This document shows positions 16,277 through 27,300 of a DNA stretch of 47,677 bases, one piece after another. Under the pieces are notes generated by a model that did no database searches, was not told where the DNA came from, and saw nothing but the letters and a program-made list of their open reading frames with translations. Origin of the DNA: a virus (Duplodnaviria > Caudoviricetes); the IMG/VR virus record IMGVR_UViG_3300020440_000023, positions 1 through 47,677 of that record; one strand, 5' to 3'. A program made the translations under genes and the position numbers. How positions within the stretch are numbered: the first letter of the stretch is position 1; each line of letters opens with the position of its first letter.

Positions 16277-17194
16277 ATGGCAACATTTTTCAAAGACGGC
16301 ATCATATCTAAAGACGGCAAGAACATGGGTGTCAAGGTACCTCCAACAGGAACAAATGCTCCAGGACAAAATGTAGCAAGCGGTAATATTCCAGATTTTG
16401 CTTCAGATTTTGTTAGCGGCGCAAAAGACATAGGCCAAGACATATTTGACGGAATTTCAGGAGGTGCAGAAGATTTAGTTTCTGGATTGCGTGGAAAAAA
16501 TTTACCAGGTAAAGCAGGCGCTAAACCGTTTGAAGCAAAGTCTCCAGCAAAATTTACTGCTGAATTAGAAGAAAAAGATTGGCGTGTCAAATTATCAGTT
16601 CCTAGATCGATTGGCAATTCCGGAGGAATGTTAAGTCCGCTGTTTGTACAAAACGACGGACATATGGTTTTTCCATATACACCATCAATTATTATAAGTC
16701 ACAGTGCAAACTATAACACTGTGTCCCCTATACATAATAATTATCCGTTTTTTGCTTACCAGAACTCACAAGTGGACGCACTAACAATAGTTGGACAATT
16801 TTATTGTCAGAACAGTTTAGAAGCACAATATTGGACTGCTTGTTTGCATTATCTTAGAGTAATGACAAAAATGGATTATGGTTCAAGAAGTAGCGGTGCA
16901 CCACCGCCTATTGCAAAACTAAATGGATATGGAGATTATGTTTTTAATAATGTTCCTGTAATAATACAAAACTTTACAGTTGATATGCCAAACGAAGTAG
17001 ATTATGTTGCTTGTGGATTTACTCCAGGGGCAATAAGTCCAGTAGATTTTGGCGGAACTACTAAATTTGGTTGGGCACCATCAGAATCTCAATTTTCAAT
17101 TACAGTACAACCAATATACAGCAGAGATAGTCAAACTAATTTTAGTTATAGAAACTTTATTAATGGAAGTGATTTAGGAAAGGGATATATTTAA
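16277..17194 (+). CDS. baseplate tail-tube initiator / cap (gp48/gp54-like)
   Basis: FPYTP.I, GAPPP...LNGYG, VPV.I.NF.VDMP.EVDY pattern of tube-fold baseplate proteins; first gene of the baseplate cluster. Confidence 0.6.
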   Translation: MATFFKDGIISKDGKNMGVKVPPTGTNAPGQNVASGNIPDFASDFVSGAKDIGQDIFDGISGGAEDLVSGLRGKNLPGKAGAKPFEAKSPAKFTAELEEKDWRVKLSVPRSIGNSGGMLSPLFVQNDGHMVFPYTPSIIISHSANYNTVSPIHNNYPFFAYQNSQVDALTIVGQFYCQNSLEAQYWTACLHYLRVMTKMDYGSRSSGAPPPIAKLNGYGDYVFNNVPVIIQNFTVDMPNEVDYVACGFTPGAISPVDFGGTTKFGWAPSESQFSITVQPIYSRDSQTNFSYRNFINGSDLGKGYI

Positions 17195-17488
17195 ATGCCA
17201 AGTTATAGTCCTTATGCAAAAACAAAAATTAACCGTGACGGAGCATTAGATATCTTGTCTATCAGACCTGTACCGGCTTATACAGATGATTCGTTATATA
17301 CTATAGAACCTCAATATACTCATAGACCAGATTTATTGGCATACGATATGTACGGAGATAAAAATTTGTGGTGGATATTTGCACAGAGAAATTTAGATGT
17401 AATCGAAGATCCAGTTTACGATATGGTTCCTGGATTACAAATTTACCTACCAGAGCCCAGTCGTGTCAAAGAACACCTAGGAGACTAG
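17195..17488 (+). CDS. baseplate wedge LysM-like protein (gp53 / tail X family)
   Basis: RPDLLAYDMYGD..LWWIFA..N and PG.QIYLP motifs. Confidence 0.8.
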   Translation: MPSYSPYAKTKINRDGALDILSIRPVPAYTDDSLYTIEPQYTHRPDLLAYDMYGDKNLWWIFAQRNLDVIEDPVYDMVPGLQIYLPEPSRVKEHLGD

Positions 17489-17495
17489 TAGGCTA

Positions 17496-20400
17496 ATGGC
17501 AACCTTTCGCACAGACCCACTTACGGGCAAAACTATCATTAGCAAAAATAATCAAGTCGGTAAAGACGGATACACACCTAATGAAAGAAAAGCCGGAATT
17601 GAAGTAAGAAATGCAGATGGTAGGTCAAATGTAGCAAGCAAGTTCAATCAATCTAAACCAGAAAATAACGGAGACCCTGAAGAAGCCAAGAGATTGATGC
17701 GAAAGTTTGGTTTTAATGGCCTTGCTAATTTTTATGAAGAAAATGGAAATGCCGCAGAGAATGGACAAATACCTCCAGTATTTTCAGGATTCTTAGATGA
17801 TAAAGGTCTTGATACTGGCATCCCAGCGAGATTGAATCCCACAACTGGTCCTACTGCACAAGATTTTATTAATGCCGCACCTCAAGCAATGTATGCAAAA
17901 GACAGTGCAACAGTGGGTGACGAAGACAAGAATGCAGATTACATCACCGTAGAACCAAAGAGAGAAAGAACTTCAAGTCTTTTACCTTTAGCAAATGATC
18001 TTGAACCGTATGCATTAGTAAATCATATATTTTCTTTTGGTTGTATTAGTCCTCATGAATTAAACTATCCAGATGAAACTTATAGAAAAAACGGAATTAA
18101 AAACGGGCAACTTGTTTTTAGATCTGGTGCAGGACTTAAACCTCCTAAGAAGCCAAGGACAGCCGCAGAACAAGATTACAATGTAGATACACAATATTAT
18201 ATTGATAATGTTGAAATAGATACTTATATTGCACCTAATAAGAAAAGTCGACAAACAAATTTCTTTCAAATTAAATTTGAAGTTAGAGAACCATATAGTA
18301 TGGGACAACTATTTCAAACACTGCAACTTTGTGCTTTAAATGCAGGATATAGAAATTATTCTGAAGCACCTTGGTTATTACATTTGTTTTTTGTCGGTTG
18401 GAAGGATGTTGAAAACATCAAACCAGCATCACCTTTTGCACAGAAGCTACTTCCATTGAAGATTGTTACAGTAGACTTTGAGGTTGATACAGAAGGTTCT
18501 AAATATAATTTTTTATGTAGTGCATACAACGATGAAGCATTTACTGATGCAGTGCAATCTTTACCAACTGACATAGTAGTATCAGGAGGTACTTTAGAAG
18601 AGATTTGTCAATCGGGATTTGATAGTCTTTCTACCCATATAAACACTCATTATCTAAATGCACAGAACAATGATAAAAATAAATTTGAAATCGACGAGTA
18701 TATAATTGCATTTCCTTCAGAATTAGCAAGTGCAAAAAAAGCCGCACTATACAAAACTGATACTAAAGAAAATCAGCAGGCTACTGTTGGCGACAGAGAA
18801 CTTAGAGATATTAATTATGATGATGCAATATCTACAGCTGGCCAAGACATTAATTTTACAAGAATGTATTCAGGCGGCCCACCTTTTGAGAATAGGTATA
18901 TGGGTGATGACTATTCAAAGAAAACTTTTGTTAATAATAGATTAGGTTACAGTGTAAAAAGAAGTAATTTAAGTGAAGCAATTAAAAAAGTTATTACTAA
19001 TAAAGAAACAGGTATTAATCCAATAGGCGCATCAAAAATCCAACCAGACGAACCTTTAGGTGGAGGTGACAGTCAATTTGCAAAAACCAAATTTATATAT
19101 AATGAACAAGCAAATAACTGGAGTAGAGGTGCAACAACAATTGATCCAAAAAAACGCACAATACAATTTAGAGCAGGTACTAAAATACAGCGTGTAATAG
19201 AAGAATTGGTTTTAATTAGTTCTTACGGTCAAAGCCTATTAGATCAAAAACCCAGTAAATTAGGTTTTCTAGATTGGTTTACAATACAAGCAGAATTGTT
19301 TATTGTTGAGGACAAAGAATCTGAAAAGATTGTTGGAAGAATGCCTCGTATATATGTTTACAATGTGATTCCTAGACAAGCACATGTATCAGAATTTCAA
19401 ATGCCTAATGAACCTCCAAAAGGTTACAATGAACTAGTGAAGCAAGCGGCAAAAGCATACAATTACATGTATACAGGATTAAACAAAGATATACTTGATT
19501 TTGAAATTAGGTTAGATAACACATTCTACGCTTCAATAGCACATGATAGAGGAAACAACAACAAGTCAGATGATCCATCTGAAAGAGGTGATAGCGATCC
19601 TAACTTAACAGTTGGACTTTCAGGAAACAAAGGACAAACTATATCTGCTCTAGCTGATGCAAAAACTATAGCCGGACAATTAGCAAATGATACAACTCCG
19701 CTGTCAGCAGGAGCAGTATCAGAAAATACAAGAATTCAAATAGCAAGATCTTTTAACGAAGCAATAGTAAACAGTGAAGCTGATATGATTTCGTTGAATC
19801 TTAGAATATTAGGAGATCCTTACTATATTGCAGATAGCGGCACAGGCAATTACAATGCTGAACGAACAGCATATATTAATGTTAATTCAGACGGTTCGAT
19901 AGATCATCAAACAAGTGATGTTGATATCAAACTACAATTTACAACACCTATAGATATAAATCCTGCCGCAGGAAATTATCTCATGGACAATAGAATCATA
20001 GGTGTCAGTAACTTCAGCGGTCTTTACCGAGTAATTAGTGTAGCTAATAGATTTGAAGGAAATTTATTTACGCAGGATTTACAATTAGTAAAACGAACAA
20101 ACTTTGATCTTAAAGACCAAGGTGAAAACAATGATACTAAGAAATTTGAACCTTCTAAAGAATGGGTGAAAAAAGCGGCCGCAGTAGAAAGAATATATTC
20201 TAAGGATTCAGATGAATACAGATATGTAGAAGCTCAAAAAGACGGAATAGTTGAATCCACAGAGTTACAAGGACTCACAGGTGATTACAAAGATACTGCC
20301 TATCTTCAAAAACTTGCAGAAAATGTTAAGAAGGCAGAAGAAAAAGCCGCAGTGCCTCCAGTGTATCAAGATGCTATCTTACGAAAAGCAAATCAAGGAG

Positions 20401-20546
20401 CTAAGTCTACAGCAGATCAAGCTGAATCTAGTGCTAATTCAGGAACAACCGGAACAGCAAAAAGTAAAAAGAGTGAACCAGTTACAACAGGTGCAGGATA
20501 TATTGACCAAAATGGTTTATGGGTACCATATGGAATAGGAAGTTAA
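17496..20546 (+). CDS. large baseplate hub protein (gp27-like, extended)
   Basis: Located between gp53-like and gp5-like genes; LRILGDP and FSGLYRVISV.N.F....FTQ.L.L hub-type motifs. Confidence 0.6.
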   Translation: MATFRTDPLTGKTIISKNNQVGKDGYTPNERKAGIEVRNADGRSNVASKFNQSKPENNGDPEEAKRLMRKFGFNGLANFYEENGNAAENGQIPPVFSGFLDDKGLDTGIPARLNPTTGPTAQDFINAAPQAMYAKDSATVGDEDKNADYITVEPKRERTSSLLPLANDLEPYALVNHIFSFGCISPHELNYPDETYRKNGIKNGQLVFRSGAGLKPPKKPRTAAEQDYNVDTQYYIDNVEIDTYIAPNKKSRQTNFFQIKFEVREPYSMGQLFQTLQLCALNAGYRNYSEAPWLLHLFFVGWKDVENIKPASPFAQKLLPLKIVTVDFEVDTEGSKYNFLCSAYNDEAFTDAVQSLPTDIVVSGGTLEEICQSGFDSLSTHINTHYLNAQNNDKNKFEIDEYIIAFPSELASAKKAALYKTDTKENQQATVGDRELRDINYDDAISTAGQDINFTRMYSGGPPFENRYMGDDYSKKTFVNNRLGYSVKRSNLSEAIKKVITNKETGINPIGASKIQPDEPLGGGDSQFAKTKFIYNEQANNWSRGATTIDPKKRTIQFRAGTKIQRVIEELVLISSYGQSLLDQKPSKLGFLDWFTIQAELFIVEDKESEKIVGRMPRIYVYNVIPRQAHVSEFQMPNEPPKGYNELVKQAAKAYNYMYTGLNKDILDFEIRLDNTFYASIAHDRGNNNKSDDPSERGDSDPNLTVGLSGNKGQTISALADAKTIAGQLANDTTPLSAGAVSENTRIQIARSFNEAIVNSEADMISLNLRILGDPYYIADSGTGNYNAERTAYINVNSDGSIDHQTSDVDIKLQFTTPIDINPAAGNYLMDNRIIGVSNFSGLYRVISVANRFEGNLFTQDLQLVKRTNFDLKDQGENNDTKKFEPSKEWVKKAAAVERIYSKDSDEYRYVEAQKDGIVESTELQGLTGDYKDTAYLQKLAENVKKAEEKAAVPPVYQDAILRKANQGAKSTADQAESSANSGTTGTAKSKKSEPVTTGAGYIDQNGLWVPYGIGS

Positions 20547-23327
20547 ATGGACGACAAGCAATTAAAACACGGAAGCCAACATAAGAGATCCGCAGGTGCC
20601 GGCGGCGGCAGAATGTCACCTGGTCCTTATATTGCTAAGGTTATAAGTCATTTGGATACCAAACGTCAAGGTTCGTTAAAGGTACAATTACTTACAGATG
20701 CTATATCAGGTAACGATAAAAAACAAGATGGACAGTTATTCACAGTAAGATATTGTATGCCTTTCTATGGTGTAACAAATGTAGAAAGTAATCAAAAAAA
20801 TAACGACTATTATTCATCTCAACAAAGCTACGGATTTTGGGCAGTTCCACCTGATCCAGGAACAAAAGTAATGGTAATTTTTGCTGAAGGTTTGCCTAAT
20901 CAAGGTTATTGGATTGGTTGTATACAAGATGAATATATGAATTTCCAAGTACCCGGAGGATATCCTTCAGATAAGGGTGACAACATTATACAGAATACCG
21001 TTCCTAATGATTTTAAAAATTTACCTTTACCAGTTGGTGAATTTAATAAAAAATTAAGAGACAGTAAAAAAAGTAATAATCCAGATAGGTTTCCGCGTCC
21101 TCATAATCCAATGATGACAGCAGTATTGGGTAAACAAGGCTTACAAGAAGATATGATAAGAGGACTAACATCTACATCATCTAGACGAGATTTACCTAAC
21201 ACAGTGTATGGTTGGAATACACCAGGACCTTTAGATAAACAAGCAGGAAGACCAAAAGGCAAATACGGGGAAGCAGGCGCAGAAAAAGATGTGTATAGAA
21301 GTAGACTAGGAGGATCTGCATTTACAATGGATGATGGAGATCCTACACTGCTAAGAGAAGGTCCTGCAACGCAAGTTGGTGCAGTATACTATGATATCGA
21401 AACTACTCCAAAAAATGTATCTAAGGCTGATGTTACATTACCTTTTAATGAACATATAAAATTAAAAACTAGAACAGGACATCAGATTCTATTACACAAT
21501 ACAGAAGATTTAATTTACATAGGTAATGCAAACGGTAGCACCTGGATAGAACTTACAGGTAATGGCAAAATTGATGTATATGCACAAGACAGTATAAACA
21601 TCAGAACAGAAACAGATCTAAATATTACAGCTGATAGAGACATTAACATCCAATCTGGTAGAGACACAAACATTACTACAGGTAGAGATTTCAAACACAG
21701 AGTAAATCAAGATAGTGATGTAAGTGTTGCAAAAGATTCTAAAGAATTTGTTGGAGCAGATAGAGATGTTTGGGTTGGAGCCTTAAACACAAGAGCTGTA
21801 GGTGAAGATGAAGATGTTCAAATTAAAGGAACACAGCGTACAACTATAAACGGAGATTATAATCTACAAGTAAGCAAAGATGGACACATTGCTATAAACG
21901 CAAACTTCCACAGTAAAGTGGTTGGTGATTATAGGCAGACTGTAAATGGTGCGTTTAATTTAAACACACTTGGCGAAAACAAACTTACTAGTTATCAAAG
22001 CACACAAATTAGAAGTTTTCTAAATAATAAATTTGATGCTAATACAGGAAACACAGAAATAAAATCAGGAATAAATCATCTTGAAACAGCAGGCAATCAT
22101 ATACACATGAATAGTACTATACCAGCAACATCAGCAGATACAGCAGATGTAATTGGCGATACATTCACTAAAGTAGCAACTGGCAACTCTCTTGACGATG
22201 CCGATGAAGTACGTGATAAAGATAACCAAGTAATTAATGATGCTGACGGAAATCCATTAAGAGTAACAGCAGATGCGGCACGAGCCGACGAAGCCCTTAT
22301 TGCACTACGTCCTAGACGTATTCCAAGACACGAACCTTGGGAAGGTCATGAAAATTATAATCCTACAGGACATACACCAGGAACCACAGCAAGTATTGAA
22401 GCACCTGCTCCTGAAGTCAGAATACTTTCGCCTTTGATAGACAAAGCAGGCGATCAACCTGAATATAATGATACTTCTGGAATTTACAATGCACAAGATC
22501 CATACATTAAAAATGCAGAAGGAAAAACAGTTAGAGAAGAAATAGAAGTAGTTGCAAGTAAAGACACAGACAGAGATGGCGAACAACCTGCAGATCCTGT
22601 GCCTGTAATAGAACAACAAAGATATTTCTTGTCAGAGCTAATCAAGGGATTAGGACTACCAGCCGCGACCTGTTTGAATTCTGCTAATCCTGCAGACCTT
22701 GCACCTGGCGAAGTACCAGGTAATGCACAAGCACTGGCAATGGCTATGGCACAAATTCAAAAAGAATGTGCCTTTGAACCTAAGAGCGAAAACATGAGAT
22801 ATAGTGCAGAAAGATTGATAGCAGTTTGGCCTAATAGATTTGGCTCAGCAACGGGTCGAAGAAAGGCTAGAGAACTAGCGGCGGCAGGGCCTGCGGCAAT
22901 AGCAAATTCAGTTTATGGTAACAGAATGGGCAATGGTCCAGCAACTACTGGAGACGGATATAGATATAGAGGTAGAGGATTAATTCAAATCACAGGTAAA
23001 AGTAATTACAAGACATATGGTGGAAAAGCTGGTGTTGATATAATAAAGAATCCTGCACTTGCTAATGATCCTATAGGTGCAACAAAAATTGCTGTAGCAT
23101 ATCTAAAATCAAAAAGTGTATCTTGGGATAGTTTTAATTTTAACTCGTTAGGATCAGAGTTTCAAAAAGCAGTTGGATATGCCGGTGGACAAGCAAATAC
23201 TAACAGTAGAATAAAACTAGGTAAAGGTTTTTACCAACGTATTTCCAACGGTGAATTAACACCATTAGCAAGTGTTACTCCACCAACACCAATAGATAAC
23301 GGCAATGGAACATCAAAGGTACAATAA
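20547..23327 (+). CDS. baseplate central spike (gp5/VgrG-like) with C-terminal GH19 lysozyme/chitinase-like domain
   Basis: N-terminal OB-fold (VPPDPGTKVMVIF...GYWIG), RTGHQI, beta-helix repeats; C-terminal SENMRYS, IANSVYGNRMGNG, GDGYRYRGRGLIQITGK.NY. Confidence 0.85.
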   Translation: MDDKQLKHGSQHKRSAGAGGGRMSPGPYIAKVISHLDTKRQGSLKVQLLTDAISGNDKKQDGQLFTVRYCMPFYGVTNVESNQKNNDYYSSQQSYGFWAVPPDPGTKVMVIFAEGLPNQGYWIGCIQDEYMNFQVPGGYPSDKGDNIIQNTVPNDFKNLPLPVGEFNKKLRDSKKSNNPDRFPRPHNPMMTAVLGKQGLQEDMIRGLTSTSSRRDLPNTVYGWNTPGPLDKQAGRPKGKYGEAGAEKDVYRSRLGGSAFTMDDGDPTLLREGPATQVGAVYYDIETTPKNVSKADVTLPFNEHIKLKTRTGHQILLHNTEDLIYIGNANGSTWIELTGNGKIDVYAQDSINIRTETDLNITADRDINIQSGRDTNITTGRDFKHRVNQDSDVSVAKDSKEFVGADRDVWVGALNTRAVGEDEDVQIKGTQRTTINGDYNLQVSKDGHIAINANFHSKVVGDYRQTVNGAFNLNTLGENKLTSYQSTQIRSFLNNKFDANTGNTEIKSGINHLETAGNHIHMNSTIPATSADTADVIGDTFTKVATGNSLDDADEVRDKDNQVINDADGNPLRVTADAARADEALIALRPRRIPRHEPWEGHENYNPTGHTPGTTASIEAPAPEVRILSPLIDKAGDQPEYNDTSGIYNAQDPYIKNAEGKTVREEIEVVASKDTDRDGEQPADPVPVIEQQRYFLSELIKGLGLPAATCLNSANPADLAPGEVPGNAQALAMAMAQIQKECAFEPKSENMRYSAERLIAVWPNRFGSATGRRKARELAAAGPAAIANSVYGNRMGNGPATTGDGYRYRGRGLIQITGKSNYKTYGGKAGVDIIKNPALANDPIGATKIAVAYLKSKSVSWDSFNFNSLGSEFQKAVGYAGGQANTNSRIKLGKGFYQRISNGELTPLASVTPPTPIDNGNGTSKVQ

Positions 23328-23530
23328 TGCATGAATTTGTAATAATGAAAAATAACCAACTTTTAACATACACAAATTATGAGGATATTCCTCTAGACTT
23401 TGATCATGTTATAAAGTTTCGACCTCAAATTCCTGAAGGTCCTCACACAGAAGAACAACACGAAGAAATTGAACAATGGAATACAAAATTACAAAGATTA
23501 ATGGAGATTGAACGTGCCAGCAGTTTGTAG
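23327..23530 (+). CDS. hypothetical protein (67 aa)
   Basis: TAATG coupling to the spike gene; overlaps the PAAR gene start. Confidence 0.7.
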   Translation: MHEFVIMKNNQLLTYTNYEDIPLDFDHVIKFRPQIPEGPHTEEQHEEIEQWNTKLQRLMEIERASSL

Positions 23531-23810
23531 AGGTGATAGCGTTGATGAAGATGTAGCACATTGCTCTACTCCTTTTAGAGATCAGTGTAGTGGTGATGTT
23601 TTTGTTAATGGGACAGGAGTATCTCGACAAGGCGATAATAACACAAGTCACGATGTTCCACCGGACCCGTGTGGCACACATGCACAGCCTATTACAACAG
23701 GTAGTACAGAAGTTTTTATAAATGGCAAAGGTTGCGGCCGTGTTGGAGATGCTATTACTAGTTGTACAAGCGTTTCAACAGGAAGCGAAACAGTTTTCGC
23801 TGGTCCTTAA
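23508..23810 (+). CDS. PAAR-like spike tip protein (gp5.4-like); true start possibly GTG at 23514
   Basis: PAVCRGD, VFVNG..VSRQGD, GS.EVFINGKGCGRVGD repeats with Cys/His residues; GGAG at 23503-23506. Confidence 0.88.
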   Translation: MNVPAVCRGDSVDEDVAHCSTPFRDQCSGDVFVNGTGVSRQGDNNTSHDVPPDPCGTHAQPITTGSTEVFINGKGCGRVGDAITSCTSVSTGSETVFAGP

Positions 23811-23828
23811 TGAAAGGTAAATATTAAC

Positions 23829-24260
23829 ATGGCAGACTTATATAAACAAATTAAAATTACTCCTAAAAGAGAGAAATCACCACCTATAAAACAGAAGGCT
23901 TATAGGGGGTTTAGCACAGTAAATCCTGAAAACAGTTCTTTTCAGCAGTATGATATATCTTTAATAAAACAAAATCTATTAAATCACCTTAACATAAGAC
24001 AAGGTGAAAAGCTAAGTGATCCTACTTTTGGTTGTATTATTTGGGATGCCTTATACGAACCACTTACAACAAGATTGAAAGAAGCTATTACAACAAATGT
24101 TACAAATATAGTAAACTATGATCCAAGAACCCGTGCATCTGAGGTGCAAGTGTCTGAATACGAAAGTGGTTTACAAATTGAATGTACACTTTTATATTTA
24201 GACTACAATATAAGTGAAAATTTAAAAATGCAGTTTGACAAAAACATTGGGTTGACGTGA
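23829..24260 (+). CDS. gp25: baseplate wedge protein gp25 family
   Basis: D..LIKQNL.N.L..RQGEK..DP.FG....D.LYEP, YDPR. Confidence 0.9.
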   Translation: MADLYKQIKITPKREKSPPIKQKAYRGFSTVNPENSSFQQYDISLIKQNLLNHLNIRQGEKLSDPTFGCIIWDALYEPLTTRLKEAITTNVTNIVNYDPRTRASEVQVSEYESGLQIECTLLYLDYNISENLKMQFDKNIGLT

Positions 24261-24291
24261 TAGAATTAACTACTAGTATTATTGTTTATAA

Positions 24292-24297
24292 TAAATA
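24292..24297 (+). promoter_or_regulatory. late promoter core TAAATA
   Basis: aTAAATAc in the intergenic gap before gp6, followed by AAGGA SD. Confidence 0.7.
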
Positions 24298-24323
24298 CTG
24301 TAGCATTAAAAGAAGGATAATCA

Positions 24324-27300
24324 ATGTCATCAACCGACAGACAAAATAGACTGCTACTAGCAGAAGATTGGCAAAAAGTATATCAGAGCTACCGTAATGC
24401 GGAGTTCCGTAGTTACGATTTTGACACACTTAGAAGGGCAATGATTACCTATCTAAGAAATAATTACCCTGAAGACTTTAACGACTATGTTGATACATCG
24501 GAATATCTTGCACTAATCGATATGATTGCCTTTTTAGGGCAAAATATTAGTTATAGAGTCGATCTTAATGCGAGAGAAAATTTCTTAGAACTTGCAGAAC
24601 GTAGAGAATCAGTGCTACGTCTAGCACGTATGCTATCTTACAATCCAAGACGTAACCAAGCCGCTAATGGATTATTGAAATTTGAGAATGTAAGCACTAC
24701 AGAAAATATTACAGATAGTAATGGAAATAATTTATCTGGCCAGACAATAAGCTGGAATGATCCTAGTAACTCAAATTGGGCAGAACAGTTTAGAAGAGTT
24801 TTAAATGCATCACTACCACAAAATGGGACTGTAGGAAAACCTATTAAATCAAAAGTTATAAATGGTGTGTTGACGCAACAGTATAGATTTAACAGTGGAG
24901 GAACAGATGTTCCTGTATTTGGTTTTACAAAAGCTGTTAACGGACTACCATCACAGTTTGAAATAGTATCAACAGGCATTGATGATGATATCAATACTAT
25001 TAAAGAAGAAAATCCTGTACCTGGAACATCTCTAGCATTTTTATTTAGAGAAGACGGCAGAGGTTCAGGAAGTTCAAACACAGGATATTTTGTACATTTT
25101 AGACAAGGGCAACTAAAATCAAATTTATTTAATGTAGGCAATCCAAGTGCCAATCAAACCATTGCAGTTGAAGCACAAAATATAAACGACACTGATGTAT
25201 GGTTATATTCATTAGATCAAAATGGAGTCGCAGATAGAATATGGACAAAAGTAAGTTCATTGGAAGGTAACAATGCAATTTACAATAGTGTGAACAAACG
25301 TATTAGAGATTTTTATGTAGTACAAACAAGAGCTGATGACGAAGTTAGTTTAGTTTTTGCTGACGGAACTTTTGGTAACCTACCAGGAGGAAGTTTTAGA
25401 GTATACTACAGAACAAGTGCTAATAGAGCTATGGTGATTAATCCAAACGAGTTGACTGGCATCACATTTGAACTTCCATATACAAGTAGAGCAGGGATAA
25501 CAGAGACTTTAACAATCGGTGTTGAATTAAAGACACCAATCACTAATGCAACGACCAGTGAGTCAACTGCAAGTATTAGAACAAACGCACCACAGACATA
25601 CTATACACAAAATAGAATGATCACTGGTGAAGACTATAATATTGTACCTCTAACAAGTAATCAAGAAATAATTAAAGTAAAATCAACTAATAGAACCACT
25701 AGTGGTATTAGTAGATATTTTGATTTAAAAGATGCAACTGGAAAATATTCAAGCACAAATTTATTTGGTTCTGATGGTATACTTTATAGAGAACCTTACG
25801 AAAGCAAAACGTCATTTACTTTTGCAACACAAACAGATATTGAAGGCGTAATAGAAAATAAAATTTTACCTATAATACAAAGTAGAGCTATAAGTAATTT
25901 CTATTTTGGTAATTACGCAAAAATTATTGTTAGCGACCTAAATGCAACTTGGAAACAATCTACAAAGACAACAAATAGTTCTACAGGACTGTTGAATAAT
26001 ATAAGTGACATCCCTTATCAAGTAGGAACATTTACAGGTGGTTCATTAAAATATGTTGAAGCAGGAGCATTGCTTAAATTTAAATCTCCAGCAGGATTTT
26101 ACTTTATTGGTGAAGGTGAGTTGACTAGCAATAGTAAAGCTAAAGGTGCAAGTGATTACAAATGGGTGAAAGTAATTAGTGTAAACGGTGCAGGAACAAG
26201 TGTAGACAGTGTAACTGGACAAGGTCCAATTGTATTCAATGAAATACTACCTTCAAACAGTATACTAGAAGAAGTAAAACCAAAAATAGTCAAGGATATT
26301 TCAGATGATGTGAGATCACAGATAATTGATCAAGTATTTGCATATAAAACATTTGGTTTACGATATGACCAAGTAGGAAGAGCTTGGAGAGTAATTATTA
26401 ACGAGAACTTAAACACAATTGATGTTTTTAGTAATGGTAAAACGGGTGATGTTACTAACAACCAATTAGACTCTAGTTGGATTATTTTATTCCAAACTAA
26501 CGGAGAAAAATATACTATAACTAACAGAGGATTGCGTTATATATTCGAAAGCGATAAAGAATTAAGTTTTTACTTTGACGGACAAAATAAGATTTATGAT
26601 TCACAGACAGGACAACTTGTAAAAGACAAAGTTGCAATTATGAATTTCAATACTAAACCAGATTCATTAGATGCATTTAATAATGATATTAATTGGGAAA
26701 TAGTCAAAGAATTTAGAAACACTGACGGTTATGTTAATAGTAAAAAAGTTGAAGTTAGTTTCTTTGATTTAAACGAAGATGGTAGTGTTGACGATCCTGA
26801 TATTTTTGATAATGTAGTTGATCCTTTAACAAATAGTTCTACAAAATATATTTTCTTAAAGAAAGTTTCATCGGATCAAGGATTTAGCAAATTTAATTAT
26901 GATAGTAAGGGCAGTGAAATAAAAATTGTAAGCACAGAAATAGACATAGGTGCCTACAGTCAATACACAGCAGGACAAGTATTTTATATTATTGATAATG
27001 ATAATTTTAAAATATTAAACAATGGTGTCTTAAGTGTTACAGCAGACTACAAAGCACATGTAGGAAGATCAGATCTAAAATTCCAATATGTACACAGTGC
27101 AGATGAAGGAAACAGAATTGATCCTAGTGCAAGTAATATTATTGATATTTACTTACTAACAAAAAAATATGATACAGATTTTAGAAGTTACATTAGAGGC
27201 GAAACAAATGATTTGCCTTTGCCTCCAAGCACTGATGAATTATTCCAAAATTATGGTACAAAAATTGGTTTATACAAATCAATTAGTGATGAAGTAATTT

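Noticed and set aside
16189-16617. 142-aa minus-strand ORF
   Set aside because: Antisense to the tube-initiator gene and runs across the gp55 promoter region.
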